A stretch of DNA of 64,000 bases from the NCBI GenBank assembly GCA_009914755.4, contig CP068257.2, positions 5,824,001 to 5,888,000 of the forward strand, written 5' to 3'. This DNA comes from the human T2T-CHM13v2.0 reference genome, Homo sapiens. Shown here piece by piece: positions 24,401 to 40,886 of the stretch (its first letter is position 1; every line of letters begins with the position of its first letter). The position numbers and the translations under genes are program-made. Below the pieces are notes generated by a model that searched no databases, had not been told where the DNA came from, and saw only the letters and a list, made by a program, of their open reading frames with translations.

Positions 24401-26900
24401 CTGCACTCCAATACACTCCATTCCATTCCTTTCCATTCCATTCAGTTCCTTTCCTCTCCATTCCTTTCCAATCCATTCCATTGCACTCCACACCACTCCA
24501 CTGCATTCCACTCCAGTCCCCTCCATTTTACCCCCCTCCATTCCATTCCACTCCACTCCACGCTCCTCTAATCTACTCCACTCCATTCCATTCCACCCCA
24601 CACCGTTTTATTCCTATCCACTCCAGTTTATTTCTCTCCACTCCATTCCATTCCACTCAATTCCTTTCTATTCCACTCCCATCTATTCCATTCCATTCCA
24701 TTCCATTCAATTCCCTTACTTTCCAGTCCATTTCATTCCATTCCTCTCCACTCCATTCCACTCCATTCCATTCCTTTCCTTTCCATTCCATTACATTCCA
24801 TTGCAGTTCATTCCATTCCATTGCAATCCAATTCATTTAACTGCTCTCCATTCCACTACATTCCATTCCACTCCACTCCACTCCACTCCATTCCACTCCA
24901 ATCCAATCCATTGAATTCCAATCCATTCCATTCCACTCCACTCCACTCCATTGCATTCCACTTGACTCCACTTCACTCCACTCCATTCCATTCCATTCCT
25001 TTCCATTCGATAACTGTCTACTCCATTCCTTTCCAATTCATTCCATTTCACTCCATTCGATTCTGCTCCACTCCACTCCCTTCCACTCCATTCCACTCCA
25101 TTGTACTCCATTCCATTCCATTCCACTCCAAAACATCCCATTCCACTCCTCTCAATTTCACTCCACTCCATTGCATTCCACTCCATTCCACTCCACTGCC
25201 CTCCGTTACACTGCACTCCATTCAATTCCTTTCCACTCCACTGCTCTCCAGCGCACTCCACTCCACTCCATTCCACTACGCTGTGCTCCACTCGACTTCG
25301 TCTATCTCCACTCCATTCACTTCCATTCCATTCCACAGCACTCCACTCCACTCCACTGCATTCCATTTCACACCACTCCATTCTATCCCTTTCCATTCCA
25401 TTCCATTCCATTCCAATTCTCTCCATTCCATTCCATACCATTCCACTCCACTCCACTCTACTCCATATCCCACCATTCCACTCCATTCCATTTCATGTCA
25501 TTCCAGTTCATTCCACTCCACTCCATTCCAATCTACTCCATTTCATTCCATTGCATTCCACTCCATTGCATTCCACTCCACTCCATTCCATTCCACTCCA
25601 TTGCATTCCACTCCACTCCATGCCATTCCACTACATTCCACTCCACTCCACTCCATTCCATTCCACTCCATTCCACTCCACTCCACTCCATTCCTTCCTA
25701 CTCCATTCCATTCCACTACACTCCATTCCATTCACTCCATTTCATTCCACTCCATTACACTCCACAGCAGTCCACTCTTCTCCACTCCACCCCATTCAGT
25801 TCCAGTCCACTTCTTGCCATTCCATTCAATTCCACTCCTCTCCACTCCACTCCACTTCATTCCATTCTACTCCATTACACTCAATTCTACTACGTTCCAC
25901 TCCACTCCATTCCATTCCCCTCCATTCCATCCACTCAACTCTATTCAACTGCACTCCATTGCATTCCTCTCCAATACACTCTACTCCTCTCCATTCCGTT
26001 TTATTGCATTCCATTCCACTCCACTCCACTCCATTCCATTCCACTCAATTCCAATTAAATCCATCCCATTGCATTGCATTCCATTCCATTCCACTCCGCT
26101 CCATTCTACTCCACTCCACTCCACTCCATTCCATTCCAATCGATTACACTCCATCCCAATCCACTCCACTCCATTCCATTCCACTCCACTCCATTACACT
26201 CCACTCCATTACTTTTCATTCCTTTTCACTACACTCCAATCCAATGAACTCCACTCCATACTATTTCATTGCATCCCGTTCCACTCTACTGCATTCCATT
26301 CCACTCCATTCCACTCCACTCCACTCGTTTCCTCTCCATTCCACTCCATTCCAGTCCACTCTGATCCATTCCATTCCATTTAATTCCATTCCATTCCGTT
26401 CCACTCCATGCCATTCCATTCCTCTCCTCTCCCCTCCATTCCACTCCATCCACTCCATTCCACTCCACTCCATTCCACTCCATTCCATTCCACTCCACTC
26501 TAATCCATTCCACTCCACTCTACTCCAAACTATTCCATTGCATTGCATTCCATTGCATTCCATTCCATTTCATTCCATTCCATTCCATTCCATTATATTG
26601 CATTGCATTTCACGCCTTTCCAGTCCACCTCTCTCCACTCCATTCCACTCCATTCCACTCCATTCCATTCCATTCGACTCCATTCCATTCCATTACACTC
26701 CATTACACTCCGCTCCATTCCACTCAACCCCATTAAACCCCATTCCACTAGACTCCACTCTATTCCATTCCTTTCCACTCCATTCAATTCCATTCTATTC
26801 CACTCAACTCCATTCCATTCTATTTCAACCTAACCCCATTCATTCAACTCTATTCCATTCCATTCTATACCATTCCATTCCATTACATTCAAGTACACTC

Positions 26901-26980
26901 CATTTCATTCCATTCCATTAAAGTCGATCCCATACCACTCCATTTCATTCCATTCCATTAAAGTCGATCCCATACCACTC
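26901..26980. repeat. Perfect 40-bp tandem duplication.
   Basis: catttcattccattccattaaagtcgatcccataccactc occurs twice, back-to-back. Confidence 0.9.
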
Positions 26981-29900
26981 CACTCCATTCCATTCCACTC
27001 TACTCCTTCCACTCCATTCCACTCGATTGCACTCGATTCCATTCCACTCCACTCCATTCAATGAAACGCCAATCTTCTCCACACTATTCCATTCCATTCC
27101 ACTACATTCCATTCCACTCCATTCCATTCAGCAACACTCCATTCCATTCCACTCCAGTCCATTCCATTCCTCTCCACTCCATTCCATTCCACTCCACTCT
27201 ACTCCAAACTGTTCAATTCTATTCCATTCTATTCCATAACATTCCATTCCACTCCATTCAATTCCACAATTCTGTATTCCATTCCACTCCATTTCACTTC
27301 ACTCCACTCATTTCTACTACACTCCATTCCATTCCTCACAAGTCCACTCCACTACACCCCACTCCTTTCCATTTCACTCCATTCCAATCCACTCCACTCC
27401 ACTGCACTCCACTCTACTCCATTCCATTCCATTCGATTACACTCCATTCCATTCAACTCCTCTCCATTCCATTCGACTCCACTCCTCTCCACTCCACTCA
27501 ATTCAACTCCCTTCCATTCCACTACACTTCACTCCAGTGCACTCCACTCCATTCTACTCCACTCCTTTCCATTCTGTCCCATTTCATTCCACTCCTTTCC
27601 TTTCCATTATATTGTATTCCACTGCACGCTTTTGCATTCTACTCAACTCCAATCCATTCCACTCCATTCCACTACATTTCATTCCTTTCGACTCCATTCC
27701 ATTTCACTGCACTCCATTACACTCCACTCCATTCCTCTCCAATCCACTCCACTTCATTCCTCTAGACTCCACTCCAGTCCATTCCTTTCCACTCCTTTCC
27801 ATTCCATTCCACTCCACTCCATGCCATTCTTTTCCACCCCAAACCATTTCATTCAACTCTCTTCCATTCAATTCCATACCATTCCATTCCATTCCTTTCA
27901 AGTCCACTTCATTTCATTCAAATGCATTAAAATCCATTCTATTCAACTCCACTCCACTCCATTCCACTCCAATCCATTCCACACCATTCCATTCCACTCC
28001 ACTCCTCTCAATTCCACTCCACTCTTCTCCACACTATTCCATTCCATTCCTCTACATTCCATTCCACTCCATTCCATTCCACTCCATTCCATTCAACAAC
28101 ACTCCATTCCATTCCACTACATTCTATTCCAATCTACTGCACTCCACTCCATTCCACTACACTCCATTCTACTCCAATCCACTCCCATTCACTCCAGCAC
28201 ACTCCATTCCACTCCGCTACTATCCACTCCAATACATTCCACTCCATTCCATTCCATTCCATTCCCTTTCACTCCATTCCATTCCACTCTTCTCCATTCC
28301 ACTCCATTCCATTACACTGCACTAGACTCCGCTGCACTCCACTCAGTTCCATTCCATTCCATCCCTTTCCACTCCACTCCATTCCATTGCACTCCCTTCC
28401 AATCTACTCCACTCCATTCCACTCCATTCCACTCCTTTAAATTCCACTGCTTTCCATTCCATTCCACTCCAGTCCACTCCATTAAACTCAATTCCATTCA
28501 TCTCCATTCCATTCGATTCCTCTCCACTCCTTTACATTTCATTCCATTGCACTCTATTCCATTCCATTCTATTCCATTCCATTCCTTTCCCATCGATTCG
28601 ATTCGATTCCATTCCATTCTATTCCATTCCATTCCACTCCACAACCCTCTAATCCACTCCAGTGCATTCCAATCCACTCAACAGCACTCCATTCCATTCC
28701 ACTCCTTTCCATTCATTTTCTCTCCACTCCACACCCCTGCACTCCATTCCATTCCACTCCATTCCATTCCACTCCCATCCACTCAATTTTATTCCACTCC
28801 ACTGCATTATATTCCACTCCATTCTACTACATTACTTTCCCCTTCACTCCATTATATTCCACACCACTGCATTTTATACCTCTCCAATCAACTCCATTCC
28901 ACTCCACTTCAATCCTCTCCACTCCATTGAACTCCAAGCCACTGCATTCCAATCCATTGCATTCCATGCCATTCCACTCCATTCCATTCCAATCCATTCC
29001 ATTCAATTCCACTCCACACCACTCCAATCCACTCCACTCCTGTCCATTCCAATCCACTCGATTCCATTCCATTCCATTCCATACCATTGCACCCAACTCC
29101 ACTCCACTCCATTTCATTCCGTTCCATTCCATTCCATTTTACTCCATTCAATTGCACTCCATTCGCTTCCTCTCCACTCCGTTTAATTCTGCTCTACTCC
29201 ATTCCATTCGACTCCACTCGACTCCAATCCACTCCACTCCATTCCATTTCATTTCATTCAATTTCACTCCACTATACTCTACTCACTTCCATTCCATTCC
29301 ATTCCATTCCACTCCTCTCCACTACACTCCATTCCATTCCACTCCATTCCATTCAATTCTACTCCACTCCACTCCACTCCATTTCACTCTATTCCACTCC
29401 CTTCCATTCCATTCCAATCCATTCCATTCCACTGCACCCCATTCCACTCCACTCCATTCAATTCCACTCCAATCCACTCAATTCCATACCATTCCACTCC
29501 ACTCCATTCCATCCCACTCCATTCCAGTGCACTACACTCCATTCCACTCCACTCCATTCCATTCCACTCCACTCCACCATGCTCTACTACACTCCTTTCC
29601 ACTCCACTCTACTACACTCTACTACACTCCACTCCATTCCATTCCAGTCTACTTTCCGGTCCACTCCAATCCATTCCACTAAATTCCCTTCCATTCCACT
29701 CCACTCCATTCCATTCCTCTCCCCTCCATTCAATTGAAATCCACTCGAATCACTTCCACTCCATTCCACTCCACTCCATTCCACTCCAATCCAATCCATT
29801 CCACTCCACTCCACTCAATTCCACTCCTCTCCACTGAATACCACTCCATTCCACTCCACTCCCTTCCAGAACATTCCACCTCATTCCTCTCGAATCCATT

Positions 29901-32900
29901 AAATTCCGTTTCACTCCATTCCATACCATTCATCTTCACTTTTCTCCAATCCACTCCATTCCACTCCAGTCCACTCCATTCCACTCGACTCCATTCCATA
30001 CTACTCTACTCCATTCCATTCCATTCCACTCCACTTCATTCCATTCCATTCCATTCCACTCCACTTCATTCCATTCCATTCCATTCCGTTACCATCCACT
30101 CCACTCCATTGTATTCCACTCCATTCAACTCCACTTCATTCCATTCCAATATATCCCATTCCATTCCACTGCACTCCACTCTATTCCATTCCAGTCCTCT
30201 CTATTCCTCTGTACTCCATTCCATTCCACTACACTCCATTTCATTCCTCTAAACTCCATTCCATTCCACTCCAATCCACTCCTTTCCTCTCCATTCCACC
30301 ACATTGCTTTCCAGTCCATGACAATCCATTGCATTCCACTTCTCTCCATTCTACTCCATTACACTTAATTCCATTCCATTGCACTTCACTCCATTCCCTT
30401 CCACTCCAATCCACTCCATTCCACTCTGCTCCATTCCTTTCCATTCCATTCCACTCCACTCCATTCTATTCCATTTCATTCTATGCCAGTCCACTTCATT
30501 CCATTGCACTCCACTCCACTCCATTCCATTCCATTCAACCGTATTCCAATCCACTCTATAATATTCCATTCCATTCCACTCCATTCCATTACACAAGTGT
30601 CCAATCCATTAAATTCCATTCCATTCCATTGCTTTCCACTCCATTCCATTCCATTCCACTCTATTCCATTCCATTCCACTCCACTCCATTCCACTCCATT
30701 CCACTCCACTCTATTCCACTCCATTCCACTGCACTTCATTCCATTTCATTCCACTCAACTCCATTCCATTCCTTTCCACTCCATTCCTTTCCACTCCATT
30801 CCAGTCCACTCCATGCCATTCCGCTCGACTCCACTTCTCTCCTCTCCATTCCACTTCATTCCATTACACTCCACTCCATTCTCCTTCACTCCACTGCACT
30901 CCATCCTTTTCACCCACTCCATTTCATTCAACTCCACTCCACTCATTAACACTACATTCCACTCCTCTTCATTCCATTCATCTCCATTCCACTCTACTTC
31001 ACTCCATTCCTTTCCACTCCACTCAATTGCATTCCATTCCACACCATTCCGTTACTCTCATCTCCATTCCATTCCACTCCATTCCACTCCACTCCATTCC
31101 ATTCCACACCACACCTCTCCATTCCACTCCATTCCACACCATTCCACTGCAGTCCACTCCATTCCACTCCAATCAATTCCATTCCATTCCACTCCACTCC
31201 ATTTTATTCCACTCCACTCCATTTTATTCCACTCCACTGCCTTTCATTACACTCTATTCCACTCTATGACATTCCCTTCCATTCCCCTCCATTCCATTCC
31301 ACTCCACTCCACTCCATTCCACTCCACATCATTCCATTCCATTCCTCTCTATTACATTCCATTCCACTCCATTGTATTCTATTCAATTCCCCTCCACACC
31401 CCTTAGCTACATTCCACTCCACCAGACTCCACTCCACTCCATTCCATTCCACAACACTCCACTTCAATCGACTCCATTCCACTCCTCTCAACTCTATTCC
31501 ATTCCACTAAATTCCACTGCACTCCACTCCATTTCATTCCACTGCAATCCTTCCCTTCAAACTATGCCACAGCATTCCATTACATTCCACTCCATTTCAT
31601 TCCACTCCACTCCCTTCCACTGCATTCCATTCCATTCCATCCCACTCTACAAAACTCTTCTCCATTTCACTCCATTCCATTCCATTCGTTGCCTTTCCAT
31701 TACATTCAAATCCATTCCATTCCACTCCACCCCATTCCACTCCACTCCACTACTTTCCACTCCACTCCATTCCATTCCATTCCACTCCTTTCAACTCCAC
31801 TCCATTCCATTCCTTTCCATTCCATTCCACACCATTCCATTCCACTCCACTACATTCCATTCGACTGCTCTCCCTGCCACTCCACTTCATACTTCTCCAC
31901 TCCACTCCTCTCCATTGCATTCCATTCCATTCTCCTCCATTCCATTCCATTTCTTTCCATTCCACTCCACTCCATTCCATTCCACGCAACTCCTTTCCAT
32001 TCCCCTTCATACAGTTCCATTCCATTGACTCCATTCCACCCCGTTCCATTCCTTTCAATTCCAATCCACTCCATTCCATTCCACTCCACTCCCTTCCATT
32101 CCATTCCACTCCATTCCCATCCATTCCATTCCATTCAATTCCAATCCACTCCATTCCAGTCCAGTCCACTCTATTCCATTCCACTCCACTCCATTCCCTT
32201 CCATTCCACTCAACTCCTCTCCATTCCACTCCATTCCATTCCCCTCCATTCCATTGTATTGCATTCAATTCCATTCCATTCCACTCCACTCCATTTCATT
32301 CCACTCCATTCCACTCCAGTCCTCTACACTTTACTCCACTCCACTCCATTCCATTCCATTCCATTTTTTCTTTTCCATTGCATTCCATTCCATTTCATTC
32401 TATTGAACTCCACTCCATTCCATCTACTACACTCCACTCCAATCCATTCCACTCCAATCCATTCCATTCCACTCCATTCCATTATATTCCACTCCACTGA
32501 ATTGCATTCCACTCCACTCCTTCCATTCCATTCCACTCCACTCCACTCCACTCCATTCCATTCCAATCCTCTCCATTCCATTCCATTCCACTCCACTCCA
32601 TTCCACTAAACTCAACTGAATTCCACTCCATTCCCCTCTTTTCCATTCCTCTCCACTCCCTTCCAATCTACTCCACTCCACTCCACTGGAATCAACTCCA
32701 ATCCATTCTACTCCATTCGATTCCTTTCCAATACAATCCATTCCATTCCACTGCACTACATTCCATTCCAATCCATTCCATTCCCTTCCATTCCACTCCA
32801 TTGACCTCAATTATTTTCCATTCTATTCCACTCTATTCCATTGCATTCCATTCAATTCCTTTCCATTCCACTCCATTTCATTCCACTCCACTACATTCCA

Positions 32901-35900
32901 TTCCACTCCACTCCTTTCCACTCCCCTCCACTCCGTTGCATTCCACTCCATTTCACTCTACTCCACTACATTCTACTCCACTCCACTCCATTCAATTCCA
33001 TTCCATTCCACTGCATTCCAGTGCATTCCACTCCATTCCACTCCACTCCACTCCTTTTCGGTCCATTCCAGTCTTCTCAACTAAACTCCATTCCACTCCA
33101 TTCCACTCAATTCCACTCCATTCCACTCCTCTCCATTCCATCCCACTCTACTCCATTCCTTTCCACTCCACTTCACTCAATTTCATTCCATTACACTCCA
33201 CTCCATTCCACTATACTCAATTCAACTGCATTCCATTCCACTACACTCAACTGCACTGTACTCCACTCCATTCTACTCCACTCCATTCCATTCTGTTCCA
33301 TTCCATTCCACTCCTCGCCATTCCATTATATTTCATTACACTCCAGGCCTTTCCATTCTACTCCACTCCATTCCGTTCCCCTCCATTCCATTCCATTCCA
33401 TTCCAGTCGACTCCATTCCTTTCCAATGCACTCCATTCCACTCCACTCCATTCCACTCCAATTCACTCCACTCTATTCCACTAGACTCCACTCCAGTCCA
33501 TTGCATTCCACTCCATTCCATTCCATTCCACTCCACTCCTTTCCAATCTATTCCACCCCAACCCATTTCATTCAACTCTATTCCAATCCATTCCATTCAA
33601 GTCCACTCCATTTCATTCCATTGCATTAAACTCCATTCCATTACACTCCACTCCATTTCATTCCACTCCAATCCTTTCCACCCAATTGCTCTCCTTTGCA
33701 TTCCACTCCACTCCACTGAATTACACTCCACTCTTCTCCACACTATTCCATTCCATTCCACTACATTTTACTCAACTCTACTGCATTCCACTCCATTCCT
33801 TTACACTCCATTCCACTCCATTCCACTCCCATTCCCTCCACCATCCTCCATTCCACTCTACGCCAATCCACTCCACTCCACTCCATTCCATTCCATTCCC
33901 TTTCACTCCATTCCATTCCACTACACTCCATTCCATTCCACTCCACTCCGTTCCATTCCACTCCACTCCGTTCCATTCCACTACACTCCAATCCACTGCA
34001 CTCCACTCCATTCCATTCCATTGCATCCCTTTCCACACCACTACATTTCATTCCACTCCCTTTCAATCCGGTCCACTTCATTCCACTCCATTCCACTCAA
34101 TTCCATTCCAATCCTTTCCATTCCATTGCACCTCAGTCCACTACACTAAACTGAATTCCATTCAAATCCATTCCATTCCATTCCTCTCCACTCCATTCCA
34201 TTCCACTCCACTCCCTTGCATTCCTTTCCATTGCACTCTATTCCATCCCAATCATTTCCATTCCATTCCATTCCATTCCATTCCATTCCATTCCATTCCA
34301 TTCCACTCGATTCGATTCCATTCCACTCCATTCCATTCCATTCCACTCCACACCACTCCAATCCACTACACTGCATTCCACTCCACTCCACACCACTATA
34401 TTCCATTCCACCCCTTTCCATTCATTTTCACTCCACTTCCTCCACTGCACTCCATTCCATTCCACTCCATTCCATTCCACTCCCCTCCACTCCATTTTAT
34501 TCCACTCCACTGCATTCCATTCCACTCCATTCTACTCCATTCCATTCCCCTTGACTCCATTATATTCCACTCCGCTGCATTCCATTCCTCTCCAATCCAC
34601 TCCATTCCACTCCACTTCAATCCACTCCACTCCATTCCACTCGACTCCACTCCATACCAGTCCATTTTATTCCATTCCATTCCACTCCATTCCATTCCAT
34701 TCGAATGCACTCCATTCCATTCCACTACACACCACTCCAATCCAATCCACTCCACTCCTGTTCATTCCAATCCACTCCATTACATTCTATTCCATTCCTT
34801 TCCATACCATTGCACTCCACTCCACTTCAGTCCATTTTATACCATTCCATTCCATTCCATTCCATTTTACTCCATTCAATTGCACTCTATTGCCTTCCAC
34901 TCCACTCCATTTAATTCTACTCTACTCCATTCCATTTCACTCCACTCCACTCCATTCCACTGCAATCCACTCAGCTACACTCCACTCTATTCCACTCCAC
35001 TCCGTTCTACACCACTCCACTCCACTCCATTCTACACCACTCCACTCTACTCCATTCTACACCAATCCACTCCACTCCACTCCACTATATTCCATTCCAA
35101 TCTACAACCCTGCAATTCAACCCATTCCATTCCACTCCACTGAATTCTACCCCAATCCAGTCCACTCCATTCCACTCCACTCCATTCCATTCCAATCCAT
35201 TACACTCTATTCCATTCCACTCAATTCCACTCCACTCCATTCCACTCCACTCCATAACCATTCATTCCATTTCACTCCACCCCACTCCACTCGATTCCAT
35301 TCTATTTCTTTGTGTCACATTCCACTCCACTCCATCCCATTCCACTCTCTTCCACTGCACTCCACTCGATTCCACTCCATTCCACTCCATTCCATTCCTT
35401 TCCACTCCATTCCATTCCATTCCACTCCATGCTTTTCCATTCCACTCCACTCCATTCCATTCCTCTCCATTCCACTCCATTCCATTCCATTCCACTACAT
35501 TCCATTGCACTGCACTCCATTCGTCTCCACTCCATTCCACTCCACTGCACTCCACTGCACTCCATTCCACTCCACTCCACTCCATTCCTTTCCACTTCAT
35601 TCTTCTCAATTCCAGTCCACTCCATTCCATTCTAATCCACCCCATCCCATCCAGTTCCACTCCATTCTATTCCATTTCATACCATTCCGTTGCATTCCAT
35701 TCCATTCAAATTCTCTCCATTCCATTCCACTCCACTCCATTCCATTCCATTCCACTCCACTCCATTCCATTCCACTCCAATCTACGCCAAAGTGTTCCCT
35801 TCGATTCCATTCCATTCCACTCCATTCAATTCCACAACACTCTATTCCATTTAACTTCATTCCACTCCACTCCACTGCACTCAATTCAATTCCATTCCAC

Positions 35901-38900
35901 TCCATTCCACTCCACTCAACTCTCCTCCACTACACCCCACTCCATTCCATTCCATACCATAACTCTCCACTCCACTGCACCGCACTCCACTACACTCTAT
36001 TCCTTTCCATTCCATTAATCTCTATTGCATTAAAAGCCACTGCATTCTATTTCATGCCACTCCTTTCCACTCCAATCAATTCAACTGCTTTCAATTCCAC
36101 TGCACTCCACTCCACTGCAAACCTCTTCATTCCAATCCATTCTACTCCACTACATTCTACTCTGTTCCATTCCATTCCGCTCTTCTCAATTACCTTATAT
36201 TGCATTCCACTCCACGACTTTCCATTCCAATCCACTCCATTTCATTCCCCTCCATTCCATTCTATTTGACTCCATTGCATTCCACTGCACTCCATTACAC
36301 TGAACTCCATTCCACTCCACTCCACTCCCGTCCATTCCACTAGACTCCAATCCAGTCCATTCTGTTCCATTCCATTCCATTGCACTCCACTTCATCCCAT
36401 TAATCTCCATTCCTTTGCATTACATTCCATTCCACTCCAATCCACTCCATTCCAACCCACTGCATTCCACCCCACTTTATTCCACTCCACTCCAATCCAT
36501 TCCATTCCATTCTGTTCCACTCCAATCCACTCCTCTCCACTCCACTCCACACCATTCCATTCCTTTCTACTACACTCCACTGCCCTGTTTTCCATTCTAT
36601 TTCACTCCATCCCATTCAATTCCACTCCATTGCATTCCATTCCATTCCATTCCATTCCACTCCACTCTACTCCACTCCATTCCATTCCAATCCATTCCTT
36701 TCCATTCCATTTCATTCCATTCCATTCCGTTCCTTTACATTACATTCCACTCAACTCCATTCCATTCCATTCCACTCCATTCCAGTTCTTTCCACGTCAC
36801 TGCATTCCATTCCACTCCACTCCACTCCACTCCATTCTAATCCATTCCGTTCCATTGCACTCCATTCCATTCCATTCCATTCCATTCCACTCCAATCCAT
36901 TGCATTCCACTCCACTCAATTCCTTTGCATTCCACTCCACTCCACTCCATTCCACTCAATTTCATTCCAATCGACTCCATTCCATTCCACTCCACGCCAC
37001 TCCACTCCTCTCCACTCCACTTCACTACACTCCACTCCTTTCCATTCCATTCCACTCCACTCCACTCTACTCCATTCCATTTTATTCCACTGCACTCCAA
37101 TCCACTCCAGTCAACCCCATTCTACTCCACTTCACTCCATTCCATTCCACTACACTCCATTCCACACCACTACACTCCATTTCACTCCACTCCTTTAAAT
37201 TCTATTCCATTCCTTTCGATTCCATTCCATTCCACAGAACTCCATTCTAGTACACTCCACTCCATTCCACACCACTCCAATCCTCTCCACTCTATTCCAT
37301 TCCATTCCAATTCATTCCATTCCACTCCACTCCATTCCACTCTATTGCACTCAATTACATTCCATTCCACTCCACTCCACTGCACTCAATTGCATTCCAT
37401 TCCATTCCATTCCACTCCATTCCATTCCATTCCTTTCCATTCCACATCACTCCATTCCTTTCCACTACATTCCAATCCATTCCATGCCACTCCGAACCAT
37501 TCCACTCCCCTGCATTCCATTCAGCTCCACTCAATTCCATTCCTCTTCACTCCATTTCACTTAATTCTCCTCCATTCCATTCCACTCCACTCTATTCCAT
37601 TCCTTTCCAATCCACTCCATTCTATTCCATTCCATTCCATTCTATTCGATTCCATTACATTCCATTCCGTTCCATTCCGTTCCATTCCATTCCATTCCAT
37701 TCCACTCCATTCCTTTACACTCCATTCCATTCCACTACATTCAAACACACTCCACTCCATTTCACTCCATTCCATTCTACTCCATTCCACTCCACTCCAT
37801 TCCAATACTCTCCATTCCACTCCATTCCACTATATTCCATTCCACGCCACTCCACATCAATCCACCACACTCCATTCCCTTCCATTCTACTCCACTAAAC
37901 TCCACTCCTCTCCCCTCTATTCTATTCAATTCCATTCCATTCCACTCCACTCTACTCCTCTCCATTTCACTCCACTCCACTCTACTGCATTCCATTCCAC
38001 TCCACTCCATTCCACTCAAATCCATCTCACTCCACTCCACTCCACTCCACACCACTCCACTCCATTCCATTGCAATCCATTCCATTCTATTCCACTCCAG
38101 TCCACTGCAATACGCTCCACTCCATTGCACTCCCCTCCACTAAATTCCACTCCATTCCATTCCACTCAACTCCATTCCATTCCACTCAACTCCATTCCAT
38201 TCCACTCCACTCCACTCCATTCCATTCCACTCCACTCCATTCCACGCCATTTCATTCCATTCAATTCCGTGCCATTCCATTCCACCCCATTCCATTCCCC
38301 TCCACTCCAAACCTCTCCACTCCAATACATTCCATTCCATTACATTGCATTCCATTACACTCCACTCCATTCCATTCCATTCCACTCTGCTCCATTCCAT
38401 TCCACTTCACTACACTCCATTTCACCCCATTCCACTCGGTTCCGTTTCATTCCACTCCACTCCATTCCACTCCACTCTACTATACTCCACTCCATTCCAT
38501 TATATTCCACTCCTCTCCACTCCAGTACACCCCATTCTACTCCACTCCACTACTTTCCATTCCACTGCACTCCTTTACACACTAGTCCACTTCATTCCAC
38601 TCCACTCCTTTCCATTCCATTCCATTCCACTCGATTCCATTCCGTTCCACTGCATTCCAATCCACTCCACTAAACTCCATTCCAGTCTACCCCATTCCAA
38701 TCCACTTCATTCCATTGCATTCCATTCCAATTCATTCCATTCCACTCCACTCCACTCCATTCCATTCCATTCTACTCCATTCCATTCCACTCTACTCCAT
38801 TCCACTCCATTCCACTCATTTCCACTCCATACTACTCCATCCCTCTCAAATCCATTGTATTCTATGCGATTCCTTTCCAATCCACTCCATTCCAATTCAC

Positions 38901-39358
38901 TCCATTCCATTCCTCTCCACTCCTCTCCATTCCACAGAATTCCATTCTATTCCTCTCCTCTCCATTCCATTCCACTCCAATCCACACCACTCCACTCTAT
39001 TCCGTTCCATTCCACTCCATTCCATTCCATTTCATTCCATTCTGTTCCATTCCATTCCACTCCCCTGCTTTCGATTCCATTCCACTCCACCCCATTCCAT
39101 TCCTCTACATTCAATTCCATTACATTCCACTCCACTGCTCTCCACTCAAATCCACTCCATTCCGTTCCATTCCATTCCATTTTATTAAATTCCATTCCAT
39201 TCCATTCCTCTCCATTCAATTCCATTCCACTCCACTCCTTTCGATTCCATTCCATTCTATTCCATTCCACTCCATTCCATTCCATTCCACTACATTCTAT
39301 TACATTTCATTCCACTCCACTCCTTTGGATTCCACTGCACTCCACTCCATTCCACTCC

Positions 39359-39615
39359 CTTATACTCCCTTCAAATCCATTCCACTCCATTCCATTCCAC
39401 TCCACTCAATTCCAATACACTCCACTCCCCTCCACTCAATTCCACTTGACTCCACTCCATTCCTTTCCATTGCACTCCATTCCATTCCAATCCACTCCAC
39501 TCCATTCCGTACTATTCCACTCAACTCCACTCCATTCCATTCCACTCAATTCCATTCCATTCCACTCTACTCCATTTCATTCCATTCCATTCAACTCCAT
39601 TCCATTCCACGAAAC
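39359..39615 (+). repeat. Source segment (257 bp) of an inverted duplication within the satellite.
   Basis: cttatactcccttcaaatccattccactccattccattccactccactcaattccaatacactccactcccctccactcaattccacttgactcc...ccgtactattccactcaactccactccattcc...ccattccacgaaac. Confidence 0.85.
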
Positions 39616-40629
39616 TCGACTCCGTTCCCCTCCACTCCTTATTACTCCATTCCACTCCATTCCACTGTTTTGCTCTCCACTCCATTCCAATCCTCTCCAC
39701 TCCATCCCATTCCACTCCACTCCATTCCATTCCACTCCATTGCATTCCATACCATTCCATTCCATTCCGTTCCATTCTATTCCATTCCATTCCATTCCTT
39801 TGCATGCCATTCCATTCGATTCCATTCCATTCCACTGCTCTCAATTTCATTCCTTCCCATTCCACTCCATTCCTTTCCACTACAGTCTATTCCTTTCCAC
39901 TCCCCTCCACTCCACTCCACTCCACTCCATTCCACAACAATCCACTCCATTCCACTCCACTCCACTCCATTCCACAACAATCCACTCCATTCCACTCCAC
40001 TCCACTCCATTCCAATCCATTCCACTCACTTGCATTCCCCTCAATTCCATTCCACTCCACTGCATTCCATTCCACTTCTCTCCATTCCATTCCTCCCCAT
40101 TCCATTCCGTTCCAACCCATTTCATTGCACTCCACTCCACAGCACTCCATTACTCTTCACTCCATTCCATTCCACTCCATTCCATTCCATCCCACTCCAC
40201 TCGACTCCATTACATTCCACTCCACTCCATTCCATTCCACTCCACTCCATACTATTATATTCCACTCCACTCCACTGCAGTCCACTCCATTCTACTCTAA
40301 TCCATTCCATTCCACACCATCCCACTACACTACACTCCATTACACTCCAATCCTCTCAATTCCACTCCTTTCCACTCCAATCCTTTCCATTCCATTCTAT
40401 TCCACTGCAATCTATTCCACTCCACTCCACACCACTCCACTGCATTCCATTCCATTCCAATCCATTGCATTCCACTCCACTCCATTCCATTCCACTCCAC
40501 TCCACTCTATTAAACGACATTGCATTCCATGCCATTCCACTCCATTCTATTCCACTCCACTCCACTCCATTCCATTCCGCTCTAGTCCACTCCACTCCAT
40601 TTTACCCCATTCCATTGCATTCTACTGGA

Positions 40630-40886
40630 GTTTTGTGGAATGGAATGGAGTTGAATGGGATGGAATGAAATGGAGTAGAGTGGAATGGAATGGAATTTAG
40701 TGGAATGGCATGGAGTGGAGTTGAGTGGAATAGTACGGAATGGAGTGGAGTGTATTGGAATGGAATGGAGTGCAATGGAATGGAATGGAGTGGAGTGAAG
40801 TGGAATTGCGTGGAGGGGAGTGGAGTGTATTGGAATTGAGTGGAGTGGAATGGAATGGAGTGGAATGGATTGGAAGGGAATATAAG
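40630..40886 (-). repeat. Inverted (reverse-complement) copy of 39359-39615. It is the only G-rich (GGAAT)n-orientation block in the 56-kb array.
   Basis: The + strand reads gttttgtggaatggaatggagttgaatggga...agtacggaatggagtgg...ggattggaagggaatataag. Its reverse complement aligns by eye to 39359-39615 at ~95% identity. The minus-strand ORF 40582..41004 (...[82 protein letters not shown]...) is nearly identical to the plus-strand ORF 39325..40668 N-terminus. Confidence 0.88.
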
